DNA of 64,000 bases from Octopus sinensis (Eukaryota), in the NCBI RefSeq assembly GCF_006345805.1, contig NW_021833647.1, forward strand, positions 10,932-74,931, given 5' to 3'. The notes beneath the pieces are model-generated. The model was not told the DNA's origin and searched no databases. It saw only the letters and a program-made list of their open reading frames with translations. Of this stretch, positions 35,013-46,988 are shown piece after piece (within the stretch, counting starts at the first letter, position 1; each line of letters opens with the position of its first letter). Position numbers and translations under genes: made by a program.

Positions 35013-36596
35013 TAGTTTTCCACACATTTTTGCCACCTTTACAAGCAATTTCGCCACTTTTTCACAAAATTTCGTGTAAAGTAGATTATCGGCTTTTCGT
35101 TTCAAGCAATTCTGCCACTTTTTCAAGCAATTTCGTGCATAAGAAGATTATCGGTTTATTGTTTCAAGCAATTTCGTGCATAAGAAGATTATCGGTTTAT
35201 TGTTTCAAGCAAATTCGCTACTTTTCCAAGCAATTCCGTCACTTTTTCAAGCAATTTCGCCAAATTCTTAGAAAATTATTTTTTAGAAATATACTCGTCT
35301 TACTAATATAGATTTTTTGTTTAAAGCTCTATGAATGAATTAATATTTATTCAAAAAGGAAAGCCGAAAAAGAGAGCAAAATTAATGAGACAAAAGAATC
35401 ATTAAGTTTAATCAATTTCTAATGGATCAGTTCTTTTTGCAATGATTTTGCTACATAATGTAACATATTTCGAAAGAATCCATTACAATCATTTTCTGTA
35501 ATTGATTCAAAGCCTTCGTTAATTAAAATAAACAATTCATTTTCTTTTTTTGCATTTCCTCTGATTACATGATTCTTCCATTTTGAAAAAAACATTTTCA
35601 ATTGGATTTAAAAATGGTGAATATGGTGGTAGATATAAAATTTCCAAATTTAATTCACTTATTTTTGATTTTAACAGTTTTAACTGGGGATTCAATTCCA
35701 TTGTCAATACACGCAGATTTTAAGTTAACAATGTAATTCACAAAAAATTCTCCATTTATTGGTCTATTGTGTAATTCTTTCATGATCATTCCATATTTAT
35801 TCATGGAAGCAATAACGGAAAAATTTCTGCTTCTTACAGAGGCGGTGACTAAATATGGAATTGAAGAGTATTTCTTGCTTCTGGTCAGTAGTTATTATTT
35901 TAAGTGTGTAGTGAAACTCTTTTAAACATCGATGAACAGTGCTTTCGCTGATGGCTAAATTTTGTTCTGAAAAAAATTTATTTTGTAAATCACGTAATGT
36001 TATCGTAGGGTGACAATCGACCCATACTCTAATTTGATTTTTTTGATTTTCATTCAGCTTTGATGATCTATTTCCACCTGTTGGTTTTTTTATATATTCT
36101 TCCCTCATTATGAAATGTGTTAACTATTGAAACTATTGTACTCCTTGGAAGTTTAGTATTTTTGAGATTTCCGTATTGCTTAGTCCTGAATTTGAGTGAG
36201 TTATTATCAATCTTCTAGTATCATTGTTAATTTTGTTTCTACTCATGACAAAAATTTAGTGTTTAATACGTTTATAAATGTATTTAATTGACATAAAAAA
36301 AGGTAAATTTATTTTTAAAAAATTTGATGAAATTGCTTGGAAAAGTAGCGAATTTGCTTAAAACAATAAACCGATAATCCTCTTATGCACGAAATTGCTT
36401 GAAAAAGTGGCAGAATTGCTTGAAACGAAAAGCCGATAATCTACTTTACACTAAATTGCTTGAAAAAGTGGCGAAATTGCTTGTAAAAGTGGCAGAATTG
36501 CTTGAAACGAAAAGCCGATAATCTACTTTACACGAAATTGCTTGAAAAAGTGGCGAAATTGCTTGCAAAAGTGGCGAAAAAGTGTGGAAAACCCTA
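35013..36596 (-). mobile_element. Tc1/IS630-family element with long repeat-built TIRs; transposase deleted or frameshifted
   Basis: TTTTCCACAC..TTTTGCCAC / GTGGCGAAAAAGTGTGGAAAA ends with about 230-270 bp inverted arms; HTH (GGNRSSKL..PTITLRDL) and YLPPYSPFLNPIE motif. Confidence 0.88.
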
Positions 36597-37099
36597 TAAA
36601 TAATTTAATCTTACAATTCTTTTAATCCTATCCTATAATCCTAAATCCTATTTATTCTTTTATATTTTTTTAGACAATTTTTCGGTTTAAAAACCTGGAT
36701 AGTAATATAATCTTGTTTTAAGTATCGATTTTTTTTTTTTAATTTAGATTTTTTTTTAACAATTAACACCGAAAATAGTTAAGTTCCAGCGGCGAGGACG
36801 CATGTGCGTTGCCCCGAACAAAAGGCCGATGCGCTGGCGATTTCAATTAATTAAACTGCTCTCATTGTCTATCGATCCATATTTTTAACCAGGCATATTT
36901 TTAATCAGCAGGACAAAGATTTTCAACCAATCCAATAGCATTTTAAATGCAAATTTCTAAAAAGACTTTAACAAAAAATAAAGCGTGGCGTTTCAGCAAA
37001 AAATTGCTGTTAAAGACAATTAATGTTTCACCTGATATCCAAGCTCGAAATCATTAAAGAGAGGAAAACATGAACTCTAATAATCTGCCATTATAGATA

Positions 37100-38880
37100 A
37101 AAATGCTAAAGGAGAAGTATAAACTGTCGAAAATTATCTACCTTGGTTTTTATGTTTTTGATCTCCAGGGTGGTTTTTAATTTGACTCTTATTTCTGAAG
37201 TATGGAAGTTTTATTCCTATAGTCTTTCTAAACTAATTTTAAAATAAAACGTAAAACTTTGGATAAATGAAACCAAACAAAATTAACAAAACCAAAAGAG
37301 ATAGTTAAATGGTTAAAGGGGTTTAGTTAAATGGGAAAAGTAACCCCATGTCATCACCTTAAAAAAAGGCCTGCATTTTAATTTACACTCAGTGTTTTTA
37401 AGTTCACATCCTTTCTTCAAGTAATTGAATTGCTCACAGTAGACTGTCGGCAAATCGATAGCCAGGCCGCCTTTAATCACCTCAAAATTTTTAAATCCCA
37501 ATTCTGTCATTTTCGAATATAAATTTCCGATTCTGTTATTTTCAAAGATCCCAACGAGTCGATCAGACTCTTTCAAAGGATCTCATGGCCATCATGCGCG
37601 GAATTGCCAGTCGATTCGCTGCGCATTTTAACTCTTTTCGTTTATTAACAATAAGTTTGTCTTTAAAAAAAAATAATTTCCGAAAAATAACTGAATCGGG
37701 TCCGAACCTAAAATATCTTAGTCAATGCAAATACAGTCTGTCTCCGCCAACATACTCCAAATTTTTGAGAAAATTAAGATTTTTTAATTTAGCAGGAACG
37801 GAGATCATGACAAATCCTGTCAGCGCCTGAACCGAACTTAGATATTTAAAGTTCTCATTTGGAATTTTTCTAATTATAGGGATTTGCCATCAAGTACTCG
37901 TGTGGCATTATGAAAATGCTTCCGATTACGACAGAACAATGTTCAAATTGATTGATGTTCAAATTGGTGATCAAAATAACTTCTTCCACGACTTCACAAA
38001 CTATTTTTGTAAAGAAAAACATTTCTAAACTATAAGAGTTGTTGAAAAGGTTTATTTTTATTGCGAGTCCACCGATGAATACTTCCCGTTGTCCACACTC
38101 CAACTCATTTTCGCAATCGTGAGTTATTTTTGCTATGAAAATTTTTGTGATGAAAAAACTTTTAACAAGTTTGGCGCCACACGGATATTTTATGAAGGAA
38201 ATTCGCTCTTCGCCCGAATCCAACGTGATTTTTTTTGTCTTGTTGCATTCTATGCATGAATAGTGAGCTAAATTCCACCTTGTGAATTCACAAGAAAAAC
38301 CAGGGAGCTTACAATCGCTAAATAACCAAGCATTTTATCTAACGGCAAATCAATCTCCTTTTATAATAATCAGGTTACGTAAGTCTAGAAGGAGTCACAA
38401 TTAATAATCAACGATGATTGTAATAAACCGTATTATGATTTCGAACAATGTTTGATAATTAATCTATCATTTCGAAATTGCACGCAGATTAATACAGTGT
38501 ATCTCACCGCATATCTTTGCCTTGATCTCAGTGGAGACATCGGCAGTCCTCGGTCCCAGAACTAAAAAATTCCTTATTAAACTGGGGGATTGGCAAGCAG
38601 AAGAGAAATAATCATCGGGAACGGACATGGCTTTTCCAACGCATATCAATAACCATCTTGCGTGGGAATTGCTATTTCATCTTATCCTCTGCTGCTAATT
38701 AAATCTTAATAATAAAATGGTATGGTGTGTGTTGTCTGTCTGTGTGTGCACACCAACTTCAAATTGGCAAAGTACAGATAAATTGTCAAAACGCTCCTTT
38801 TCTGATTTTCCTTGGACACAAATGTTGCTCATTTCAGCAAAGTCTGGAGAAAACAAGGCCTTGACTTTCCGGAAGATCGA
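37100..38880 (-). CDS. Possible intron-rich gene of unknown function
   Basis: Successive minus-strand frames (..HYSCIECNKTKKITLDSGEERISF.., KITHDCENELECGQREVFIGG) separated by 27-30 nt GT..AG segments; family not recognised. Confidence 0.4.
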
Positions 38881-38889
38881 ATGTCTCAA

Positions 38890-39640
38890 CGAGCTGGGAT
38901 CGAATTAGATGCAAGCAAGCTTTCAATCTGCTGCTCGAGTCGTCCAACCAGCACCGCCGCGCTTGCCTTCTGTCGGCGGCATCCCCCGCTAGCGGAGCTT
39001 GGCTTTGTGCATTCCCGAACGCCCCATCTGGCACTCTCCTTGACGATGAAGCGGAAGGATCGGAGTCTCTCTGCGACTCGGACTAAGGCAATGTGTCCCG
39101 CACACGTGCCGCTGTGGCTGCACTGTTGACCCTTTCGGTCTGCACCCTTTATCGTGCAAGAGGAGTGCCGGACGTTTCCGAGGCACTCTGCAATGAACGA
39201 CATCATACGGAGGGCCCTCGACTCGGCGGGATTTCCTTCGGTCCTCGAGCCACCGGGCCTCGACCGCGGCGACGGGAAACGTCCTGACGGGATGACCCTT
39301 TTCCCCTTCGAAGGCGGAAAAGGCCTCGTTTGGGACGCAACCTGCTGCTGCGACACCTTTTCTGCTTTCTCTTCTCACTTAACTTCGTGTGCCCTGGAGG
39401 CCAAATCTGCAGCTAAGAAGGCTGAAGATTTAAGCTTTTAAAATATTCTGCCCTCTCGGAGAAGTTTTTCTCGTGGTGCCGATCGCGGCTGAGACGTCGG
39501 GTGCTCTCAGTCCAAAAACTGAAAAGTTCCTTCGCAAGCTCGGAGCCAAAATCTCAATGCGCACCATGATCCTCGGGAGGCGAACTGGCTAATGCAACGG
39601 CTCTCAATTGCCATTATCCGGGGAAACAGTTTGGGCAATC
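38890..39640 (+). mobile_element. CRE retrotransposon 3' fragment
   Basis: [49 protein letters not shown]. Confidence 0.9.
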
Positions 39641-39789
39641 CGCCAGGCTACATATCCACCATAAACATAATTCTATCTTTTCATTGATTATTATTGCAAT
39701 TAATCGATTGTCAAAATCTTTCCCCCTTATAATTAGCCAATAATGGGGAACAAGCTTAAAATCATGAACTCCTTCAAGAATCTTCCACC

Positions 39790-40650
39790 CTACGATGTCC
39801 TCGACTTACATGATGAGGTCCTTAAAACCTTCCCCCCCAAAAAAATTAAAAAAATTTTCTGCATTTTGGTTAAAATGAACAACCACGATGTCCTCGACTT
39901 ACATGATGAGTCCTTAAAACCTTCCCGCAAAAAATCAAAATATTATTTCTGCATTTGATTAAAATGAACAACGTTAATGTCCTCGACTTACATGATGAGG
40001 TCCTTAAAACCTTCCCCCCCCCCAAAAAAATTAAAAAAAATTTTCTGCATTTTGGTTAAAATGAACAACTACATGTCCTCGACTTACATGATGAGGCCCT
40101 TAACAACCTTCCCCCCCAAAAAATTTAAAAAAATTTTCTGCTTTTGGGTAAAATTAACAACTACGATGTCCTCGACTTACTGATGAGGTCCTTAAAACCT
40201 TCCCCCAAAAAAATTAAAAAAATTTTCTGCAGTTTGGTTAAAATGACAACTACGAAGTCCTCGACTTACATGATGGGGTCCTTAAAACCTTCCTCCAAAA
40301 AAAATTAAAAAAATTTTCTGCAGTTTGGTTAAAATGAACAACTACGAAGTCCTCGACTTACATGATGGGGTCCTTAAAACCTTCCTCCAAAATTAAAAAT
40401 TTTCTGCAGTTTGGTTAAAATGAACAACTACGAAGTCCTCGACTTACATGATGGGGTCCTTAAAACCTTCATCCAAAAAAAATTAAAAAAAATTTTCTGC
40501 ATTTTGGTTAAAATGAACAACTACGATGTCCTCGACTTACATGATGAGGTCTTTGAAACCTCCGCCAAAAAATCAAAAAATTATTTCTGCATTTGATTAA
40601 AATGAACAACTTTAATGTCCTCGACATTCATGATGATGTCCATTAAAACC
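39790..40650. repeat. Minisatellite, about 9-10 units of about 90-93 bp
   Basis: Unit GTCCTCGACTTACATGATG(A/G)GGTCCTTAAAACCTTCC..AAAAAATTTTCTGCA(T/G)TTTGGTTAAAATGAACAACTACGA repeated head-to-tail. Confidence 0.95.
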
Positions 40651-40860
40651 TTCGAGGCAAAAATCTCACGTATTAAGAATATCCTTGATGAAAACGACAG
40701 CGAGAATATTAACACTGATGAACTCCTAATTATTCGCGAGAAAGAAATCAATTCATCCTATGTTTTTCTCTTTAAAATTAAATGCATATATCATTATCGA
40801 CATGAATCAAAATTAAAGCTATTATCATATTGACTTTTACAGAATGTGCAATTACAGATT

Positions 40861-41055
40861 GCACGACTTTGAAATAGAGTGTGCAATTAACAGATTTTGA
40901 AAAACCACTTTGATAGTTGAAACCACATTAGCACAATCATTAACACAATTTACCACCAATTGACGCACGACCTTGAATAGAGTGTGCAATTAACAGATTT
41001 TGAAAAACACTTTGATAGTTGAAACCACATTAGCACAATCATTAACACAATTTAC
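40861..41055. repeat. Two-copy direct repeat of about 100 bp
   Basis: GCACGAC..ATAGAGTGTGCAATTAACAGATTTTG..GAAACCACATTAGCACAATCATTAACACAATTTAC occurs twice. Confidence 0.9.
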
Positions 41056-41373
41056 AACCCTTGACAGCGCCATCAGAAGAATTTGCGTAAAAATATTAAC
41101 TATTTAGTTAAGTTTTTCGTAAGCTAGAATTTATTTTCTGTATGCCTCTTTTTCCAAATATTTTTTATTATACAAAATAATTTTTTAAATATAACCAAGG
41201 AGGAAAAACGAAACTGAAGAAAAAACGGTCAGCTTAATAAGGTAATTAATTAAATCTTTTTTGTGTGTCGCTTTTTTGCCTGCCGCATCTCTGCCTGCCG
41301 CATCTTCTCTTGCCGCATTTCTGCCTGCCCCATTTCCGCCAGTGGTTTGTCTAATCAAGGTCACTAAGCTAAA

Positions 41374-42142
41374 TCTCCGGACTATAAAGGCTTTTAAGCA
41401 TTATCTTAATTGCTGTTAAAAAAAATAGACAGGTTGTTGCCGTGGCGGCAGAGATTTTTTTTGTTTATACTATTTTCACAAATTTTTAAAGTTTTTTTTG
41501 TTTTTTTTTATTTTTTTGTTTTTAAATTATTTATTTTTATTTGTTTTTTTTATTTTTTTGTTATTTTCTAAAAATTCAACCGGATTGAATTTTTAAACTC
41601 CTTAGATCCCTCTGGAATGCCGAATCATCTTTTAAAGTTAAAGATAGGCGTTCCAGTGGTTTTATTACGAAATTATGCAACGGAACGAGGTTAGTTATCA
41701 AATTTGATGGCTAACGTAATAGAGGCGACGATATTAACAGGTAAGTATAGAGGTGAGGATGTTTATATTCCACGATTCCGATAATTTATGATGAATTACC
41801 ATTTAGATTTAAAAGGCTGCAATTTCCTTTGAGGATGAGTTTTGCAATGACAATAAACAAGGCCCAGGGACAGTCATTAAAGGTAGTTGGGTTATTTTTA
41901 GAGAGTGAGTGCTTTTCACTTGGACAGCTGTATGTGGGATGCTCGAGGGTAGGCAGAAGAGAAAATTTATTCATATATGCCAAGGAAGGACGGACGACAA
42001 ACATCGTTTATCAACAGGCGATAGAATAGGGTTACATTAAACCAGGTAGTTTTATACATCTACATAAACTTATAGTTGTTTTGATGAAACAGGCCCTCCG
42101 CAGGAGCTATGTCGCGGTGAGCGAAGCGAGCTGCCGAGCTAG
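41374..42142 (+). mobile_element. Internally deleted Helitron retaining the PIF1-like helicase C-terminus
   Basis: A|TC 5' end (tentative); GC-rich hairpin then CTAG|T 3' end; EFLNSL.PSGMPNH.L.LK.G, RLQFPL..SFAMTINKAQGQSL, GQLYVGCSRV. Confidence 0.88.
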
Positions 42143-43217
42143 TACTAAATAACAGATTCTTTGATTATCAAGTCTAAATAATATTTCAATATTCGAAAAA
42201 AAATATATTGCTGTGACAGACAGTTTTAAAAAAAATTAAAATCAAAATAAATTTTAGTCAGACTTAATAATCAGAACCCTTAGTTTGCAGACAACTCGTG
42301 CATTTCAAAATATTCAGGATATGATGATGACCCTCTTCAACAGTAAATCTAAAAATCACATAAATTCATTATTTGGATTAAGTCGCATCATTAATGGATG
42401 CATATAAATTGTTTCTTTTGTAATTTTTATCCAAATAACTATACCATTTTTTAAGTTTGGCAATTACGAATTTCCAATTGCAACCGCAAAAAATCGAATT
42501 TTCAAATGCAAACTTTAAATTGCAACCGCAAAAATCAATTTTCAAGTACAACTTCTAATTTGCCAATTACGAAAATCAATTTTGCATATAAAAAATTTTT
42601 CGTCTAAATACATCAAAAATTGTTTTAGATGACTGAAGAAACAAGATATTGGTAATATGGTGCTTAAACAAAAAAATAATTGAAACACATGAACGTTTTG
42701 GTGATTGGAAGTTTCTATGTTCTTTTTAGAGTGAGTTTGAGAACAGCTTATAATTGGATTTAAAATAAAGATTATGAAAGATATCCAAAGGAGATAAAAT
42801 ACATTCAAAAAATCAAATAATTATAAATGAATTATATGCTGAATTGAAACTGATCCTCAGATCACTTTGAAAGAATGTGCGGAAAAATACGAAATAATTA
42901 TTCATGTATATGTTTCTTAAAACAGTAAAAAGTTTAGATCTATCAATGCACTTACCATAAAATTTTGTTGCAACTAACCGGGTATGGTGTTATTAAAAAC
43001 AATCTTTTTGTATAGAAAATTTAAAAATAATCGCTGCCTCAGCCAAGCGGACTCGTGAGCATCCATTTTATCTTTTGTTAGCTTTTTTTGAAATGTTTGA
43101 TTAGCTGTAATTTTAATAAAATTGATTAATAGATTCTGATTAGTATAAATAAATACACTTTCATTTTTCGCTCGTTATTAAAATTATCATTCAGCCGAAA
43201 AAGGACATTCTTTAGAC

Positions 43218-43800
43218 CAGGGTTTCTTAACAGGGGGTACATGTCCCTAGGGGGTACGCGGAACATTTTTCAATTTGTTATGATTAAGATGATTTTAATA
43301 ATTTAATATATTTTGATAGCATTTCTTTTCGTTTTTCCTTGTTTCCAATAATATTCCCTGGACTAAAGTTGGGTCGATATGCACCGTGGACTAATCTGCC
43401 ATGCTCGGACATCGATCTGGTTTTATTGCACTGATTAAGGATGTCGCACCTCATATTATCGCAAACCATTGTGCAATACATAATTATGCTCTTGCTGTAA
43501 AGACGATGCCTCAAGAATAGAAAATTGTTCTTGATTGACCGTAAAGTCAGTTAATTTGATTCGTGCGAGGGCGACTAATCATAGCCTTTTTAAATTATTA
43601 TGCGAAGAAATGGGAACAGAACATTCAGTACTAATTTTCCACAATGAAGTTCGGTGGTTGTCAAGAGGAAGGGTGCTTAAACTGGTTGCCGAACTAATTG
43701 GTGCAGTCACTACTTTTTTGCAAAAAATAAATAATATAGAACTCGCCAATATGTTCGCAGATTATGCCTTCAAACAAAAGTTATTTTATCTTATCCAACA
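43218..43800 (+). mobile_element. Buster-type hAT 5' end with deleted transposase
   Basis: CAGGGTTTCTTAAC terminus; ANHCAIH and EVRWLSRG motifs. Confidence 0.8.
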
Positions 43801-43859
43801 ACATACTTATGCGAAACTGCGATGTCTTGTTTATCATTTATTAAAAATAAATCTTGTAA

Positions 43860-44455
43860 TCGATTGAAAGTTGGAGTAAAAGAGGTAAAAGTTGTAGAGA
43901 GATTTCCAATTTGCAGATATTACCCCAAAGTACTGTTTGGAATATTATTACCCGATGGAAACAATACGGAACTGTCATTAATCGACCAAGATCAGGTGCT
44001 CCAAAGAAAATAACTCAACGTTCTTGCTCATTAATGAAAAGAATATTCGGTACAAAACCAAGAATTACTCAAAAAGAATTGGCTGATAATTTAAATAATA
44101 CAGGAACATTGGTATCCCTTCGTACAATTACTTCTACACTACCCAATGAAGGTATTAATAAACTAAGGCCCGTCGTGTTCCGTTATTAAAAAAATACATT
44201 TTTTGCGCGAATTAAATATGCCAAATATCCTTTAAATTAAAAAATTGAATTCATAAACAATATTTTATGGTCGGATGAATCAAAAATACAACATTTTGAC
44301 TAAACTACACGCTTTCAATTTGGCGTAAATCCAATCAAGCGTATAACCAAAAATGCACCATACCCACCATGAAGCACGGGGTGGAAGTATCATGCTGTAG
44401 GGCTTTTTTTCATCAACAGGGGTCAGCGAATTATTTGTAATAGATGGAATAATCG
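43860..44455 (+). mobile_element. Tc1-family transposase fragment
   Basis: STVWNII.RWK..G...RPRSGAP.K, ILWSDESK, PTMKHG.GSIM. Confidence 0.85.
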
Positions 44456-44789
44456 AAATGACTTTTTTTCCCTTAATAAATTGACTTTTTCAAAAAATGG
44501 CTAATTATTGCAGTATAAATAACTCAAGTTAGTATAATTCGTAAAAAACTGTGAAAACTCAGTTCTTTGAACAAATTGCCCACACATATTATAAATTAGT
44601 CTTTAATCATTATTTTAAACCCCTTGTGAGGTAAAACCTAAACTGATTAAGGAGATGCAAATTTTTTTTCTACATGCATCATCAAGAAATCATCCCACTC
44701 TATTCAAATGCTTGAGTAAACTTAAAGTGAGGTCATCGAGTCCTCATAATGGCTAAAATATGCTGAACTTCTCGGTCAGCAAAGAAATG

Positions 44790-45160
44790 CTATGCATGGT
44801 GCATGACTGAAACTAATACAATCACCTGGCTACTGAGCTCTATCTGATCCAAGAAGTGAATGTTAAGATAGTTCCCCTCGTTCTAATCTTGGACGGAATT
44901 GTTTCATGTTATTACAAATATTACATAGATTTGATAGAGATTGATTTCTCGGTGAGAATCTTTATCCAGTTTGTTGTCCTGAGAAAGGCCTTGAAAAACA
45001 TGATGGCAGAATTTAAGCACAGAGATTGGACTGAAGTAACTGAGCATACCCAATTGGACATCACATTCATGGATAAAGAGAACACCTAGGTCTACCTCAG
45101 GATAGCACAGCCCCGAAGTGAAGGAGTAAAAAACACGAAATAGAGAATAGGCCATAAAAA
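44790..45160 (+). mobile_element. R4/NeSL-like RLE retrotransposon 3' fragment
   Basis: HLATEL..I..VNVKIVPLVLILDGIV..Y C-terminal endonuclease motif. Confidence 0.55.
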
Positions 45161-45187
45161 TGAATATTGTTCAGAAAATTTTAAAAT

Positions 45188-45188
<1 letters not shown>

Positions 45189-45240
<52 letters not shown>
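45189..45240. repeat. 52-nt poly(T) tract
   Basis: Directly visible homopolymer. Confidence 0.95.
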
Positions 45241-45350
45241 CTTAGGTTGATTAAAAAACTGAATAATAATAACTAAATTAATAAAATAGAAATTAGATTA
45301 TAATTTTTTAAAAATAAACTCATCAAAAATTTTGTCAAGGATACACAAAC

Positions 45351-46040
45351 ATGCGAAATGTGAATGAATTCGAAGAAGACTTTAAACCTTGCATGTCTTG
45401 TGGTAGAACTTTCATGAGCTCTTCACTTGTTAAACAAACTAAAAAAATATTTTTAGAACAGACATCAATCAATTTGTGCAAAAAATACTAAAAAACGAAA
45501 AATTTTTGATTCAAGCAAACAAAGACTTGCAAATACTGATTTTAAAACTTCAAATGCTGTTAAAACACTTCCATTTGGAAAAACAAGAGTTTTAATTTTA
45601 TTAAATAATTAAAAATTTCAGACATTTCAGCCTCCAAAATCAAATTGGCGAGAAGCCCATAATTCGTTTATTTCAGCTATAAGATCTGCAAGACAATATA
45701 CAGATGCCTCTAATAAAGGAATTCCCTTGCCTACATACAAACCCTCTCCCGTCCCTTCTGGTAAATTATATTGTTTGAAATTATTTTAGATTATGTAAAT
45801 TGTCAATATTGTAATCGAAATTTCAATAAAAAAGCTGCAGAAAGGCATATTTCATTTTGTAAAGAACAAAAAATGCGATTACCCATAAATCAAACTGTAA
45901 AAGAAAAAAGGGCATCAATTGGGCTGGCTCAGAGAACACAGGTATATTATTTTATATTGATTATGTAGTATCAACCCCCTAAACCAACTTCAAGAAGATC
46001 TCTTCCTAATAGTCAGATTAAAACAACTAAATTAAAATAG
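45351..46040 (+). CDS. ZC2HC1A: Zinc finger C2HC domain-containing protein 1 (FAM164-like), five exons
   Basis: CMSCGRTF..L|NRHQSIC..KRKIFDSSKQR, SNWREAH..FI.AIRSAR, DYVNCQYCNRNFNKKAAERHISFCKEQ, RTQ|YQPP; four introns of about 27-33 nt give one open frame. Paralog (1A/1B/1C) not resolved. Confidence 0.85.
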
Positions 46041-46581
46041 ATTTTCCTCTTTATTTAATATTAATATAAGTTAATTTGTGATTTATGAATCGATGAACAG
46101 ACAATTTCTGTTAATTGGATGATTTTGAAAAAATGAATCTTAATTTTTGGTATGTCTTTTAACATCCAAATTGGCGAGAAAATACTAAAACAATTTTTTT
46201 CCTGGCTATCCACAAATATCAAAAAAAAGACCAAAAAACCTCAGAATTCTTAAATCTTACAATAAAGATTGTTAAAGTACAGGAAATGACTTGTTTTTGC
46301 TTAATCGGCTATTAAATGACGAAATGGCATTTTAAATCACTATTTTAGATTCAAATTGAAGCTGTACTAATTACTTGAAGATATAAAATCCTTTAGTTGA
46401 AATTGAAATTTTTAGATTGAATATTTTGCAAGGCCATTTCGTAACACTGATCGTGTTTGAACACTTTGTTTTTGGTGGTGTTTAAGAAATGAGGTTAATT
46501 GAAACAAAATTGGAACTGGAAGAAGTAGTTATCCTGGATAAATATTAACAGTATTCTTTAAAAAATTACTAGAAAGCAGTA

Positions 46582-46790
46582 CAGTCTTCCCTGTTTTTGG
46601 GGACCCAGATGAAGGGGTTTTTTAATATTAACAAAAAAATTAACGTTTTGTTTGTTTAAAACCATAAAGATCTTCATTTAACAATTTTAATTTAAAAATT
46701 TTAATCTGTAGTCTTTACTTGTTAAGAAATGATTCGTTATATTTTTTTCGAATTTGAAGTTTTTAATTAATCGATTCATTTTTAACTTTT
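46582..46790. mobile_element. End fragment of the pogo-like family seen at 282-1933
   Basis: TA|CAGTC..TTTTTGGGG..TAATATTAAC.AAAAAA.TAACGTTTTGTT shared with 282-480. Confidence 0.65.
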
Positions 46791-46988
46791 TAAAGTGAAT
46801 ATATTTTAAGTGACAAATTATTTAAAAAATAATTGGGAAAAATTATTTTAATCGTATCAACCAAAACATAAAGGAATTGTACTCAAATGAACACATAACG
46901 AATTCCAGGGCGAATTTATAAGTTTAAATAAAACCTATTTAAAATCTTACTGGAATAAGCAAATAAAGTTGTCAAGATATAAGAAAAA

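Noticed and set aside
39790-40650. CRISPR-like array
   Set aside because: The whole unit repeats with no unique spacers, there are no cas genes, and the context is eukaryotic.
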